In this document: positions 17,025 to 25,680 of the stretch, one piece after another
How the letters are laid out: each line of letters begins with the position of its first letter
Numbering within the stretch: the first letter of the stretch is position 1
Assembly (NCBI GenBank): GCA_038060895.1
Contig: JBBTCT010000041.1
Location: 1 to 46,363 of the forward strand
DNA: 46,363 nt
Reading direction: 5' to 3'
Source of the DNA: Planctomycetota bacterium
GTDB lineage: Bacteria > Planctomycetota > MHYJ01 > WSZJ01
Notes under the pieces: model-generated
The model's input: only the letters and a program-made list of their open reading frames with translations
What the model was told of the DNA's origin: nothing
The model's database searches: none
Position numbers and translations under genes: made by a program

Positions 17025-17351
17025 ATGAAGAAGCTCAGCCTCGCAGCCCTGCTCGCCCTGCCGCTCTTCGTCGGTTGCTCCGGCGGCTTCCCGATGCCTG
17101 CCGACGGCCTGCTGTTCAGCTCGGTCCGCGCGCCCGGTTGGTATCCCGGCGTGACGAACGAAGTTGGCGGCGCGAAGACGGGTCACTCGGAAGCGGTCGG
17201 CTTCGTCGGCCTCATCGCGGTTGGCGATGCGTCCGTGGAGAAGGCAGCCGAAGAGAACGGGATCAAGAAGATCCACAGCATCAGCCACAAGTGGACCAAG
17301 ATCCTCGGCGGGCTGTACTGGAAGTTTGAAACTGACATCACGGGCGAGTAG
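17025..17351 (+). CDS. TRL-like family lipoprotein
   Basis: RBS TAAGGAGG; lipobox FVGC; GLIAVGDASVEKAAEENGIKKIHSISH..ITGE. Confidence 0.8.
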   Translation: MKKLSLAALLALPLFVGCSGGFPMPADGLLFSSVRAPGWYPGVTNEVGGAKTGHSEAVGFVGLIAVGDASVEKAAEENGIKKIHSISHKWTKILGGLYWKFETDITGE

Positions 17352-17372
17352 ATTTAACAGCTGGACTGAATG

Positions 17373-17407
17373 AGCGGGGAGGCGACAAGCCTTCCCGCTT
17401 TTTTTTG
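17373..17407 (+). terminator. Intrinsic terminator
   Basis: AGCGGGGAGGC-gacaa-GCCTTCCCGCT followed by T-run. Confidence 0.85.
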
Positions 17408-17446
17408 TTGTTTGTGGATCGTCCGGGGTGAGTCCCGTCGGCGGGG

Positions 17447-17544
17447 AAGGACAAATCCCAACCCCAACTCCAAATCCCAAAACGACCCTCGAACGAAGGC
17501 TGTTTTGGGACTTGGAGTTGGGGTTGGAGTTGGGACTTGTCCTT
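17447..17544. repeat. Inverted repeat built from hexamers (CCCAAC/TCCAAC)
   Basis: aaggacaaatcccaaccccaactccaaatcccaaaac ... gttttgggacttggagttggggttggagttgggacttgtcctt; 18-nt spacer; right arm has one extra hexamer. Confidence 0.85.
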
Positions 17545-17559
17545 GAACCCGCTCTCCGG

Positions 17560-18285
17560 CTACTTCCCCCGCGCCAGCGCCCGGATGGCGCGCACTTCCG
17601 CCGCCGTCAGCATCCTGCACTTCCCGACCTCCAGCCCCCCCAGCTCCACGGGCCCTACCCTCGTCCGCGTCAGCCTGACGACCTTGTGCCCGATCGCCCG
17701 CCCCATTCTTCTCACCTGCCGGTTCTTGCCCTCGCGGATCGTCAGCTCGATCCAGGTCGTGCCCTCTTTCGACGGCATCGTCCGGCACTGGGCCGGGCGC
17801 GTGAGCGTGCCGTCCTCGAGACGGACGCCCTTCTGAAGCGCCTCCACGTCCGCCTGTGTCAGCTCACCCTTCAGCTTCACCTCATAAGTTTTCGGGACCC
17901 CGACATCCGGGTCCGTGAGCGCCTGTCCGGCGACCGAGTCGTTCGTGAAGAGCAGGAGTCCTGAAGTCGGCCCGTCGAGACGGCCGACGGGGAAGATCCA
18001 CGAAGGGATGCCGCGCGGAAGGAGGCCGTAGACGGTCGGGCGTCCTTCCGGGTCGTGCGCCGTCGTCAGAACCCCGGCGGGTTTGTGCATCGCGAGGTAG
18101 ACCGGCGCGGCGCCCGTCACAGGCCGTCCGTCGAGCTCGATCTGGTCGCTCCCCTGATCAATCGCCGCTCCAGGATCGCGGGTGACGCGGCCGTTCACCG
18201 AAACGCGCCCGGAGGCGACCAGCTCCGTGGCCTCGGTCCGGGAAGCCACTCCCATCTTCGAGAGAACGCGCGCCAGGCCGCGCAT
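17560..18285 (-). CDS. rRNA pseudouridine synthase, RsuA/RluB family
   Basis: S4 domain (GVASR..GRVSVNG), HKPAGV, PVGRLD..TSGLLLFTND, EGKNRQVRRM. Confidence 0.93.
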   Translation of the reverse strand: MRGLARVLSKMGVASRTEATELVASGRVSVNGRVTRDPGAAIDQGSDQIELDGRPVTGAAPVYLAMHKPAGVLTTAHDPEGRPTVYGLLPRGIPSWIFPVGRLDGPTSGLLLFTNDSVAGQALTDPDVGVPKTYEVKLKGELTQADVEALQKGVRLEDGTLTRPAQCRTMPSKEGTTWIELTIREGKNRQVRRMGRAIGHKVVRLTRTRVGPVELGGLEVGKCRMLTAAEVRAIRALARGK

Positions 18286-18902
18286 CAGCGTCCCGTGGCC
18301 CGCGCGTAGTCTTCCGGCGTGTCGAGGTCGAGGACCGTTTCCTCGCCCGCCGGGACCTCCTCGACCTCCGCCGCATGGCGCTCGACGACCGCGCGCGGCA
18401 CTTCATCCGGTTTCAGCGCCAGCAGTTCCGCCGCGTACGCCCGGTCGAACAGCACCGGGTGCCCGCGCCGCGACGCCTTCGGGATCACAATCGGCTGGCG
18501 ACGGTTCTGCCGGAGAATCCAGAAGCGCATGCCGAGCTCGCTCACGGCTTCCGCCGCGACGAGCGGCAGGTCCACCGGCCAGACCAAAAACCCTTCGGAG
18601 TCCCCGGGAAGCGCCCTCAGCCCGGCCTGCAGACTCGACGTCATTCCCCGGGACCAGTCGGGGTTTCGCACAACCGTCGCGCGCCCGAGGGCGCACCCTT
18701 TCTCGATTTCATCGGCGCCGCTTCCCAGCACGACCACGGGCCTGCCGAATCCGGCGCAGGTGTCGAGCACACGGTCGAGGGCGGTCCTGCTGCCGAATTG
18801 AAGAAGAGCCTTGGGGGAGCCCATGCGCGAAGAAGCGCCCGCGGCGAGAACGATGGGCGTGAGGAGGTGGTTCAAGAGCGGGATTGTAGCCAGCGTGGAC
18901 AC
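18285..18902 (-). CDS. MocA/YgfJ-like nucleotidyltransferase
   Basis: LAAGASSRMGSPKALL, NPDWSRGMTSSL, PVDLP, RGHPVLF, DLDTPEDY. Confidence 0.88.
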   Translation of the reverse strand: MSTLATIPLLNHLLTPIVLAAGASSRMGSPKALLQFGSRTALDRVLDTCAGFGRPVVVLGSGADEIEKGCALGRATVVRNPDWSRGMTSSLQAGLRALPGDSEGFLVWPVDLPLVAAEAVSELGMRFWILRQNRRQPIVIPKASRRGHPVLFDRAYAAELLALKPDEVPRAVVERHAAEVEEVPAGEETVLDLDTPEDYARATGR

Positions 18903-18919
18903 CCGCGTCAGCCCGGCGG

Positions 18920-19339
18920 TTAGCCCCGGTCCATGGCCTCGAGCGCCCGGCGGACTCCCTCTTCGAACTGCGCCGCCATTTTCGGAGAGTCGGCGCCGTG
19001 GTAGCGCGACTCCCGTTCTTCACGAAGTTCGGCCTCAAGCTCCAGTCGCGCCGCGAGTTTCGTCACGCGCTTCAGCGTCTCGGTAGTCCACGTCTGGAAC
19101 ACGTCCTCGCTTCCTCCGGGCGAGTGAGTCGTCCATACGAAGTAACAGCCGCACGAGATGCAATGGAAGAGCCTCGTCTTCGACCCGGGGCTGCGCACGA
19201 GGAGCTCGTTGACCGGCCGCAGGTGCCGCGCGGCTGCGGGGCGCGACTTCTCCTTCGCGGGATCACGCAAATCCTGGACTTCGCAATCGTCGCCGAGAGG
19301 ACCGCAGTCGGGGCACGGCCCGGGGGCTGCTTCGCTCAT
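18920..19339 (-). CDS. Hypothetical Cys-motif protein (CPDC...CISC)
   Basis: C-terminal 139 aa of track ORF 18920..20032; ATGA overlap with the upstream hydrolase stop. Confidence 0.65.
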   Translation of the reverse strand: MSEAAPGPCPDCGPLGDDCEVQDLRDPAKEKSRPAAARHLRPVNELLVRSPGSKTRLFHCISCGCYFVWTTHSPGGSEDVFQTWTTETLKRVTKLAARLELEAELREERESRYHGADSPKMAAQFEEGVRRALEAMDRG

Positions 19340-20568
19340 TCGCAGTCGAACTCCATTTCCCACGCGAACGTCCGAAGCCGGTCCTTTCGCCGCGCCGACG
19401 ACTCGAGCATCGTCTTGACGGACCTCGCGGGAACGCCCTTCCAGGCCGGCTTTCCATTGATCTTGATCAGGACTTCCTGGTCCATGTCTACCATTCCGTC
19501 GGCGAGGCCCACGCGGATCTGTTTCACGGACTTCTCGTGGATCGAGATTTCCTGTCCCTTGATTTCCGCCTGTACGTGGAACGGGAAGGCGGGGATGTGC
19601 CGCGTGACCCACCGGGTCGAGGATTCGATCTTCAGCTCTTTCGTCTCGATCCCGTCCTTGAGAACCTCGATCCAGTAGTGCGACCGCCCGAGGTCCGCGC
19701 CGCCGTAGTACACGAGCTTCGCCGGGTAGCGCGCGCGCCTGAGCTCGCTGGACCACGCGAGAAGCCCTTCCGCCAGGTCGTCGAACGACTCGTGCCCGCG
19801 CTTCTCCAGCACGTCGAGCTGCGCAGGAATCTCGAAGCGCTTCGCAACTCCCTGTCCTTTCTTCGCCATCGCGGTGATCTCGTCGTCGTCGGCGCCGACG
19901 GTCGCCCGGAAAGGGAGATCGTGCGTGTTTTTCAGGTAGACCTCGCTCATGGCGATGAGGATGCGCCCCGGCGAGCCGGACACCGGCATCATCGCTGCCC
20001 ACGCGTCGCTGCGCATCGCCCCCGCGATCCACGTCGCATGCCCGCCGACCGACACCCCCGTGCAGTAGAGACGGTCAAAGTCGATGTTCACGCGGCGCGA
20101 CAACTCCCAGAGCTGTTCCCACACGACGTCCGACGTCCGCGGGTCCTGCCATGCTTCGACTTTCCACGGGTAGAGCGTGATGTAGCCCCGAAGCGCCGCC
20201 GCGGTTTCCCACCCCTCGCTGAGCCCGTTCAGGCCGACGAGTACGGGCGTGGGGCGGTCGGGGTCGTACTTCGCGGGGATCTGGAGATTCCCGACGATGG
20301 ATTCTCCGGGTTTCGCGTACCTCCGCCCGCGCCGGACGACGGCTTCCACGGCGTGAAAGGGGAGCTTGGTGTCCTCGACGGCCTTGAGATGGTCGCGCCG
20401 TTTCTCGGAAAGCTCCGCGTCGAAGAACGCGTTGACGCTGTCTTCCAGCGCGGCGATCGCTTTGGTGTCGGCGAGGTCTTCCTCATCGAGCTCGGGGTAG
20501 CGGCGCTGAAGCGCGTCGTCGGCGACTGCGGCCGAGGCGATTGCGAGGGAAAGGAGAAGCACGCGCAT
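19336..20568 (-). CDS. Exported alpha/beta hydrolase (esterase/peptidase-like)
   Basis: Signal peptide; IPAKYDP..PTPVLVGL, IDFDRLYCTGVSVGG (GxSxG), GADD, RGHE. Confidence 0.8.
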   Translation of the reverse strand: MRVLLLSLAIASAAVADDALQRRYPELDEEDLADTKAIAALEDSVNAFFDAELSEKRRDHLKAVEDTKLPFHAVEAVVRRGRRYAKPGESIVGNLQIPAKYDPDRPTPVLVGLNGLSEGWETAAALRGYITLYPWKVEAWQDPRTSDVVWEQLWELSRRVNIDFDRLYCTGVSVGGHATWIAGAMRSDAWAAMMPVSGSPGRILIAMSEVYLKNTHDLPFRATVGADDDEITAMAKKGQGVAKRFEIPAQLDVLEKRGHESFDDLAEGLLAWSSELRRARYPAKLVYYGGADLGRSHYWIEVLKDGIETKELKIESSTRWVTRHIPAFPFHVQAEIKGQEISIHEKSVKQIRVGLADGMVDMDQEVLIKINGKPAWKGVPARSVKTMLESSARRKDRLRTFAWEMEFDCE

Positions 20569-20616
20569 GCCGGCATTGTAGGGCAGGCGGTGACGCCGAA
20601 GCGGCTTTGGGGTGAT

Positions 20617-21270
20617 CTAAGCGCTCGCCTGCACCACCATCTTCGCTGCTGCCTTCCCCTTCGCGTAGTACGTCTCCGCGTCTCCGCGCTTCACGTCGCT
20701 AAACCCCGCTTCGCGCAGAAGCTCCTCCAGTCGTCCGAACCAAAACCCGTTCTTGTGCGTGTCGCTCCGCCGCTGGTCGCCGTAGTCTTCCTGGTTGCCG
20801 AAGACGCTCTTCAGCCAGCGCGACGGCGTGATGCGGGCCTTGCCGCCGCACCTTTTGCATTTCGGGTCGGCTTCCCAGGCGTCGACGCAATCGCACTGGA
20901 GGGGGAACCAGGAGGCGAGGACTTCCATGTCGGGGCAGCCGGAGAGCCAGGCGCCGCCTTTCCTGAGGACGCGACGGCATTCGTGGAGGAGGTGCGGGAG
21001 GTCGGGGTGGGGGATGTGCTCGATGAATTCGAGGGAGAAGACTTCGTCGAAGGCGCCGTCCTTGAACGGAAACGGACGCTCGAGGTTTGCGAGGAGGGTG
21101 ACGCCGGGGGCGGCGCGCAGGTCGGCGACCACGACGGACTTGCGGCAGGCGCGGACGATCTCCGCGTTGTCGCCTGCGCCGCCAAGAAGCAGGGTGCGCG
21201 CGGCGCCGGGGTCGGGGTAGTTCACAGGCTCTTTGAGTTCGCGGCCGGTCAGCTTTTTCCAGAGGCTCAT
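20617..21270 (-). CDS. SAM-dependent methyltransferase-like protein with Cys4 insert
   Basis: PFPFKDGAFDEVFSLEFIEHI, ECRRVLRKGG, CPD, LLREAGF; insert CDC..CKRC. Confidence 0.75.
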   Translation of the reverse strand: MSLWKKLTGRELKEPVNYPDPGAARTLLLGGAGDNAEIVRACRKSVVVADLRAAPGVTLLANLERPFPFKDGAFDEVFSLEFIEHIPHPDLPHLLHECRRVLRKGGAWLSGCPDMEVLASWFPLQCDCVDAWEADPKCKRCGGKARITPSRWLKSVFGNQEDYGDQRRSDTHKNGFWFGRLEELLREAGFSDVKRGDAETYYAKGKAAAKMVVQASA

Positions 21271-21980
21271 TTTTCAACCGCCGGCTCGACCGCGGCGACC
21301 GCTTCCATCGCGAACGTCTCCCGCACGCGGGCGGGGAGGGCGCTCATCGCAACGCGCGCCCAGCCTGCCGGCCAGCCCCAGCGGGAGTAGCGGACCCACT
21401 CCTTGGCGATGCGGAAGCCGCCGTCGGCGAGCGCCTTGCGGAAGGTCTTCAGCGAGAAGGTCGCCTTGTGCGTCGGGTCGCCGGTGTAGTCCATACCTTC
21501 GACTCCGTGGTCCGATGCCCGGCGTGACTTGCGCCGCCGCCCGCTCCAAGACTCCGCGATCGGAACGTGCAGCACGAGGCGCCCGCCGGGGGCGAGCCAG
21601 CGGCGCGCGGTCCTGAGGAACTTCTGCTGCTCGCCGCGGCCAAAATGCTCGAAGACGGAGAGCGCGAGGGCGAGATCGAATTTGCCGGCGGGGCGGAACG
21701 CGAGCGCGTCCGCCGATTCAAACGTGATGTTCTTCGCGGCCGTCGCGGCGCGCGCTTCCTCAATCGCATGATTCGACAAGTCGATCGCCGTGACGTGCGC
21801 GACTTCTCCCGCCAGCGCGCGGCTCAGCCCTCCGAGCCCACAGCCGACCTCCAGCACGCGCATCGCCGGCCCGAGCTTCACGACGCGCTTCAGTTTCGCC
21901 ATCGTCCGCGGCACGTGCTCCTCGTTCGCCGCGGACATCCGGCGCGCGGCGAAGTACTCCGGGCCGTATTTCGATGCCAT
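21267..21980 (-). CDS. Class I SAM-dependent methyltransferase
   Basis: VLEVGCGLG, IDLS, FDLAL..VFEH, LAPGGRL. Confidence 0.9.
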   Translation of the reverse strand: MASKYGPEYFAARRMSAANEEHVPRTMAKLKRVVKLGPAMRVLEVGCGLGGLSRALAGEVAHVTAIDLSNHAIEEARAATAAKNITFESADALAFRPAGKFDLALALSVFEHFGRGEQQKFLRTARRWLAPGGRLVLHVPIAESWSGRRRKSRRASDHGVEGMDYTGDPTHKATFSLKTFRKALADGGFRIAKEWVRYSRWGWPAGWARVAMSALPARVRETFAMEAVAAVEPAVEK

Positions 21981-21983
21981 GAG

Positions 21984-23051
21984 CTACCGGGCGTCGTCCA
22001 TCAGCGCTTTCTCGAGCATCCCGTAGTCCCGCGCCTGCTTGATGAACTTCCCCTCGGGGTCGAAGAGAAACACCGTCGGCTCGCCGGCGACTCCCCAGGT
22101 CTTCACGGTCCCGTCGACCTCGGCGTCCAGCAGGAGCGGGAACGGCACGTCATGCGGTTTCCAGTGGAGCTCTCCGTGCGTGGCAAGCTTCTCCTCCATC
22201 TCCTGGAACGTCTTCGCCGTCGCGTCGTGGTACGCGAGGATCTGGTAGTTCTTGTAGAGGCCCTTCAGCCGCTCGTTGAACTCGATCAGGGTCGGGATCC
22301 ATTGCGTCGAGCTCGTGTTGCACCAGGAGCCCCAGAAGAGCACCAGCACCCACTTGCCCTTGTAGTCGGCGATCTGCAGGTCGGGCTTGCCGCCGCGGAC
22401 GAAGCCGGCCTTGAAGGGCGGCATGGTCTTGCCGAGGCCGACGGCGACCGGCGTGGGCTGCAGTTTCAGCACGCCGAGGTCGAGCTCTGCGCGCGGTCCC
22501 GCTTCGATTTCCATGTCAACGGGGCGGAACAGCTCGTTCGCCCACTTGAGCTTGTACTTCCCGGGCGGCAGGCGAAACGCGAGGCCCTTGTCGCCTCCCT
22601 TGACGCGCAGGATGTCCACGTTTCCCTCGATGGTCGCGACGGTCATCGTCACGTCCGCCGGAAGCGGCACGAGCGGGTCGCCCGTGGCGAGCTTAGCCTT
22701 GATCTTCACCAGCGGTCCGAGGCGCACGGTGAGAGGCTTTTTCGAGGCCTCGTCGTTGACGGCCAGCAGGCAGCCCTTTTCGCGCCTTTCGTCGTACGCC
22801 ACCACCAGCAGCCCGCCTGGCCATTTCTTGAAGAGGTGCTGGAATTGTCCCTTCGCGTCGGCCTTGATTCCGCCGACGGATTTTGCGATCCCGTTTTCCC
22901 AGCTCCACTGAAGGGCGAGCTCGGCGCCCGGCTGGAGGACGTTCGAGGCGTCGGCGACGACGCCCTCGATCTTCCTCGACGGCGGGGGCTTGTCCTCCGC
23001 GAGCGCGGCGACGGCGGCGAGCATGATGGCGATGGTGGCGAACTTCTTCAT
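21984..23051 (-). CDS. Exported TlpA/redoxin-domain protein (CxxS)
   Basis: Signal peptide, Ig-like N-terminal region, DYKGKWVLVLFWGSWCNTS, GEPTVFLFDPEGK. Confidence 0.8.
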   Translation of the reverse strand: MKKFATIAIMLAAVAALAEDKPPPSRKIEGVVADASNVLQPGAELALQWSWENGIAKSVGGIKADAKGQFQHLFKKWPGGLLVVAYDERREKGCLLAVNDEASKKPLTVRLGPLVKIKAKLATGDPLVPLPADVTMTVATIEGNVDILRVKGGDKGLAFRLPPGKYKLKWANELFRPVDMEIEAGPRAELDLGVLKLQPTPVAVGLGKTMPPFKAGFVRGGKPDLQIADYKGKWVLVLFWGSWCNTSSTQWIPTLIEFNERLKGLYKNYQILAYHDATAKTFQEMEEKLATHGELHWKPHDVPFPLLLDAEVDGTVKTWGVAGEPTVFLFDPEGKFIKQARDYGMLEKALMDDAR

Positions 23052-23150
23052 GAGGCCCTCGCTTTGCCTGGAAGTGAGGCGGGAGTGTACCGAAATCCTG
23101 ATTGGGATGGGCTTGGGTCAAAGCCCGGAATTGCTTTGCCGCATTGGCTG

Positions 23151-23316
23151 TATCTGCGCCTTTCCGCGTCAATCGTGTTTTATCAGCGCGAGAGACTTTT
23201 ACGAGTCGGAGTGCGCTCGAGGACGGTGGGAGCACGAGACGGTCGAGGCGGGGCTCTCGATGACCAGGAAATGCGTCGCGCAGATAAAAGGTGATCGACG
23301 CAGATTCGCGCAGATC
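23151..23316. repeat. Imperfect 40-bp inverted repeat (CGCAGAT-type units)
   Basis: Arms 23151-23190 and 23277-23316 match at 30/40 positions by manual alignment; 86-nt spacer. Confidence 0.75.
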
Positions 23317-23461
23317 TCACCCGCTGCCAGGCCAACTGCTGAGTTCGGCTGGCGCCGATGGGATTTCTCTGTGGCCATGCCGTTGTCGCCGTCTACAACC
23401 GTCCCGTTCACTCTCGGGTGTCTTGCACCCTACACACCCCCTCATCACAATGCCCGCCCGC

Positions 23462-25606
23462 ATGCGCGACCTCTTCCCCGACCCCAACGCCGCTTCCGAC
23501 ACGCTCGAAGGCATTCTCGAGCGCTTCACGTTTGTGAACGAAGAAAACGGCTGGTCGGTCGTGCGCCTTATCGTCGAGGGGGAAACCGACCTCGTCACCG
23601 CGGTCGGTTCCCTCGTCGGGGTGCGCATCGGCGAATCCGTGCGCATGACGGGCGCGTGGGTCGAGGACCGGCGCTACGGGCGGCAATTCAAGGTCGCGAC
23701 GTACACGCCGGTGCTGCCGTCGACGGAAGCGGGGATCGCGAAGTACCTGGGGAGCGGCGTGATCCCGGGCGTCGGGCCGAAGACGGCGGAGAAGATCGTC
23801 GCGGCGTTCGGCGCGAAGACGCTCGACGTTCTCACCGATGAACCCGATCGGCTGCGCGCGATCCCCGGGATGGGCCGCAAGGCGAAGGCGATCGCCGATG
23901 GATGGGCGGAGCAGCGCGCGATTCACGAGACGATGACGTTCCTGCACTCGCTGGGCCTAGGGACCGCGCTGGCCGTGCGGGTCTGGAAGAAGTACCTGGG
24001 ACGGACGACCGACGTGGTGAAGAGCGACCCGTACCGTCTTGCGGCGGAGGTGACGGGGATCGGGTTTCTCACGGCCGACCGGATTGCAGCGGGCCTCGGC
24101 ATTCCGCCGTCGGCCCCCGAGCGCGCGGAAGCCGGTGCGATGCACGTCTTGCGCGAATCGCAGTCGGAAGGGCACTGCTACCTGCCGCGCGAGGAACTCG
24201 CCGACAAGGCCGGCGAGCTGCTCGGGCCGGAAGGGGCGTCCGCGCCGGAAGCCATCGACCGTCTGGCGGAGAAGAGTCTCGTCGTCATCGAAAACGGCGG
24301 CGTCTACGCGCTCGACCTTCACCAGGCCGAGGTCGACGCCGCCGAACGCCTGAGGGCGCTTCTCGACGCGCCCCCCGTGGACGTCCCGATCGACGCCACC
24401 CGCGCGCTCGCGTGGTTCGAGGGGCAGGCGAAGATCACGCTCGCCGAAGGTCAGCGGCAGGCGATCCTCTCCGGAATCCGGAACAAGGCGACCGTGATCA
24501 CAGGCGGCCCCGGGACCGGAAAAACGACGCTCGTGCGTGGCCTGACCGAGATCTTCGACGTGAAAGATCTCCGGCTTGCCCTCTGCGCCCCGACCGGGCG
24601 CGCCTCGCGGCGCCTCGAGGCCGCTTCCGGACAGCAGGCGAAAACGATCCACCGCATGCTGGAGTGGAACCCGAAGGTCGGCGCCCCGCAGCGCAACCTG
24701 GCGCACCCGCTCGAGGCCGACGTCGTCATCGTCGACGAAGCGTCGATGCTCGACATCGCGCTCTTCCGGATGCTTCTCGACGCCATTCCTCCCTCTGCGA
24801 GGCTGATCCTCGTCGGCGACGCCGACCAGCTTCCCTCCGTCGGCCCGGGCAGCGTCCTGCGCGACATCATCGCTTCCAGGTCCGTCGAAGTCGTCCGCCT
24901 CACCGAGATTTTCCGTCAGGATGCGCGCTCGCTCATCGTGACCAACGCGTACGCCGTGTTGCAGGGCGAGATGCCGGAGCTCGCAGGGGCGGATTTCCAG
25001 TTCGTGGAGAAGGAAGTTCCGGAGGAAGCGCTGGCGTCGATCGTCGAGCTGGCGTCCCGCGAACTCCCGCGGCGGCTCGGCCTGACGCCCGCCGACGTGC
25101 AGGTCCTTGTCCCTATGCACAAGGGAACGCTCGGCGCGATCTCGCTCAACAACTCCCTGCAGGAGCGGCTCAACCCGAACGGCGCCCGTGCCGTCCCGCT
25201 GCGCAATCTCAAAATCGGCGACAAGGTCATGCAGGTCAAAAACGACTACGAGCTCGACGTCTTCAACGGCGACCTCGGCCAGGTCACCGAAGTCGATGCG
25301 GCCGACGGCACCGTCACCGTCGTCTTCGATGGAAAGAAATGCGCCTTCAACGCCGACAACCTCGACACCCTCGAACTCGCCTACGCCTGCACGATTCACA
25401 AGTCACAGGGCAGCGAGTACCCCGCCGTGGTCATCGCGCTTCACACGCAGCACTTCCCGATGCTCCAGCGCAACCTGCTCTATACCGCGATCACGCGCGG
25501 GAAACGGTTTGTGGCGATCGTCGGGTCGAAGCGCGCGCTGCGGACGGCCATCGCGAACGACAAGGAGCGGCTGCGGTGGACGCGGCTGGCGGAGAGGTTG
25601 AGGTAG
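23462..25606 (+). CDS. recD2: ATP-dependent RecD2 helicase
   Basis: ERFTFVNEENGW, YGRQF, HhH (GVGPKTA), GIGFLTAD, GGPGTGKTT, VDEASM, GDADQLPSVG, TIHKSQGSEY, YTAITR; start at 23450 or 23462. Confidence 0.95.
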   Translation: MRDLFPDPNAASDTLEGILERFTFVNEENGWSVVRLIVEGETDLVTAVGSLVGVRIGESVRMTGAWVEDRRYGRQFKVATYTPVLPSTEAGIAKYLGSGVIPGVGPKTAEKIVAAFGAKTLDVLTDEPDRLRAIPGMGRKAKAIADGWAEQRAIHETMTFLHSLGLGTALAVRVWKKYLGRTTDVVKSDPYRLAAEVTGIGFLTADRIAAGLGIPPSAPERAEAGAMHVLRESQSEGHCYLPREELADKAGELLGPEGASAPEAIDRLAEKSLVVIENGGVYALDLHQAEVDAAERLRALLDAPPVDVPIDATRALAWFEGQAKITLAEGQRQAILSGIRNKATVITGGPGTGKTTLVRGLTEIFDVKDLRLALCAPTGRASRRLEAASGQQAKTIHRMLEWNPKVGAPQRNLAHPLEADVVIVDEASMLDIALFRMLLDAIPPSARLILVGDADQLPSVGPGSVLRDIIASRSVEVVRLTEIFRQDARSLIVTNAYAVLQGEMPELAGADFQFVEKEVPEEALASIVELASRELPRRLGLTPADVQVLVPMHKGTLGAISLNNSLQERLNPNGARAVPLRNLKIGDKVMQVKNDYELDVFNGDLGQVTEVDAADGTVTVVFDGKKCAFNADNLDTLELAYACTIHKSQGSEYPAVVIALHTQHFPMLQRNLLYTAITRGKRFVAIVGSKRALRTAIANDKERLRWTRLAERLR

Positions 25607-25680
25607 TCAGGGGGGACGAACGACAAGGAATACGCGGATGAAGGCGGATGCCGCGGAAACGGCCGCGGATACGGACCGGA

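Noticed and set aside
18285-18902. Selenium-dependent molybdenum hydroxylase cluster around the MocA-like gene
   Set aside because: No yqeB/yqeC, xdhC, selD or hydroxylase subunits nearby.
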